IMG/VR virus record: IMGVR_UViG_3300028197_000779
Coordinates: 1 to 59,322 of that record
DNA: 59,322 nucleotides
Strand: one strand, 5' to 3'
Source: a virus
Lineage: Duplodnaviria > Caudoviricetes
Shown: positions 57,769 through 59,322 of the stretch, piece by piece
Layout: every line of letters starts with the position of its first letter
Position numbering within the stretch: position 1 is the stretch's first letter
Notes under the pieces: generated by a model
The model's input: the letters and a program-made list of their open reading frames with translations, nothing else
Databases searched by the model: none
What the model was told of the DNA's origin: nothing
Position numbers and translations under genes: made by a program

Positions 57769-59322
57769 TTAGTGGAGATTTACAAATGTTCCGTTTGCTT
57801 TTACTTTTAGTTTATTATTATTAGTATCATAAACAACTGATCCGTTTGGAATATCAGAATCATTTTGCAGTGTAGTTACGTTTGCACTAGTAACTTGTGG
57901 GAAAGCAATAGATTCAAGCGTTCCACTCATAGTTACATGAATGATTCTCTTAAAAGTATTAGTATCATTATTTGTAGCAATACCAACCTTGACACAATCT
58001 AATTGTCTATCGTAGAATATTCCTCCAGGAACTTGCTTTCCACTACCAGCTGAGTCTACGTTATTATCAATTGTTGAATCGGATGGACTATTAACTAGAT
58101 TAGTCAATGCCGTTGTTGACATTGATGGTAAAATCAATGGACTTGATGATCCACCAAGATCTAAACAAGATCTAGGAACATGAGTGTTAATGCCAACACT
58201 ATATTGGTAAGTGTGATTTTCACTTATTTGTGTTTGAACGTATTTGATAGTATTAACAGCATCATTATGAAGACCAGAAATGAAGATAGTGGATCCACTA
58301 GTATTACCAAGAACTGATAAATTTCCTACAAAATGAGCATTACCATAGTTAACATCACGTTGATTGCCCGCGTTTGCTCTATTGTCTGCTGGAATTGAGG
58401 TTGTTCCAACTGCAAGAGATCCATCTTGGGTATCAAAAATTCTTAGACTTTTTTCAATAAAGGCATTACCCTGAACTTGTAATGTTGGATTACCGTAACC
58501 TGAGGTAAATGCTGCTCTAGATTCTGTGCCAATGTTTGCTCCGGTAACAAATGTTCCGATGCCAGAAGTAACTTTGAAATCAGTTATTGTTGCAATATCA
58601 ATAGTTGCGCTAGCAAAAGTGCTAATTCCAGTAGAATTAATATCACCATCAATGTTTGAAGTAAGTGTTGTCGTTCCGCCACCAAAAGTAACTTGGTTTG
58701 AACCTTGTCCTGCTGTTATAGTTCCTTCTACAACAATATTTCCAGTTGCTGCAACGTTTCCAGTAACATCTAATGCTTGTGCTGGAGTTGCTTTATTGAT
58801 ACCAACAAGACCTTCATGAGATGCTACAAGAATATTACTTCCACTATGAGAAACTGTGAAATCACTTGTTGTATTGATTCCAGAACCACCAGCAAGTATT
58901 ACACTAATATCACCACTAGCATCTTTATTTGTAAGTGTTAGATCTGTTCCATTATAAGCAATGGTTGCTGTATCATCTGTTGAACCAGTGAGATCTCTAG
59001 AAAGTGTAATGCTCGATGTAGCATTTTCTGAGATCAATCTCAGTTCGTTATCTGCATATTTTACAACTTGAATCGAAGATGTTGGTGCAGAAGTTCCAAT
59101 TCCAATATTTTGTGAAGAACCTAGAAGGGCAACACCAGTTGAACCCGAACCAACAAATTGATTAGTGTTGACAGATAAACTACCAGTAACACTAGTATCA
59201 CCAGTTATTGCAAGATTGTCATTAACGTTTGTATTTCCTGAAGCAGAATTTAGATTAAGATCACCAGTTCTAGTATCTAAAGTATTTGCAACAACACCCA
59301 ATCTTAATTCTTCGGCATGAAC
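57769..59322 (-). CDS. Tail-fibre-like protein, 5' end beyond the window
   Basis: Frame open to window end; IGIGTSAP, VGINKATP, GISTF repeats; GSVVYDT..KLKV C-terminus. Confidence 0.75.
   Translation of the reverse strand, partial: VHAEELRLGVVANTLDTRTGDLNLNSASGNTNVNDNLAITGDTSVTGSLSVNTNQFVGSGSTGVALLGSSQNIGIGTSAPTSSIQVVKYADNELRLISENATSSITLSRDLTGSTDDTATIAYNGTDLTLTNKDASGDISVILAGGSGINTTSDFTVSHSGSNILVASHEGLVGINKATPAQALDVTGNVAATGNIVVEGTITAGQGSNQVTFGGGTTTLTSNIDGDINSTGISTFASATIDIATITDFKVTSGIGTFVTGANIGTESRAAFTSGYGNPTLQVQGNAFIEKSLRIFDTQDGSLAVGTTSIPADNRANAGNQRDVNYGNAHFVGNLSVLGNTSGSTIFISGLHNDAVNTIKYVQTQISENHTYQYSVGINTHVPRSCLDLGGSSSPLILPSMSTTALTNLVNSPSDSTIDNNVDSAGSGKQVPGGIFYDRQLDCVKVGIATNNDTNTFKRIIHVTMSGTLESIAFPQVTSANVTTLQNDSDIPNGSVVYDTNNNKLKVKANGTFVNLH

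Noticed and set aside
1-59322. tRNA, CRISPR array, intron, intein, integrase
   Set aside because: No cloverleaf, regular repeat-spacer pattern or diagnostic motifs seen by eye; tRNAscan/Infernal were not run.

Overview
Segment of a T4-like marine cyanomyovirus (Kyanoviridae-type) genome, almost entirely minus-strand. In transcription order (right to left): the 3' part of a tail-fibre-like gene; an early/accessory block (GIY-YIG-like/SF2 helicase, a DNA adenine methyltransferase split over two genes, an SF2 helicase, purC, purM, many small ORFs); the T4-like baseplate/tail module (gp53 and gp48 on +; gp4, gp2, gp54/gp19-like, gp26, gp51, two tape-measure-like paralogs, gp27-like, cp12, cpeT, gp5); large virion proteins; three tandem 269-aa Gly/His-rich paralogs; a dense block of two flavin-dependent halogenases and several 2OG-Fe(II)/JmjC oxygenases; and a second early region (REase-like + MTase pair, second SF2 helicase, PD-(D/E)xK nuclease) with a recurring promoter motif. 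Strongest leads: a -1 slippery heptamer that would fuse gp26 to gp51 just upstream of the tape-measure-like genes; a fibre-plus-tailoring-enzyme island; a split, reverse-ordered MTase system; and signs that the right ~8-12 kb comes from a different phage lineage (mosaic or chimeric assembly). All product calls come from motif recognition by eye, with no database searches. No tRNA, rRNA, CRISPR array or integrase was seen.
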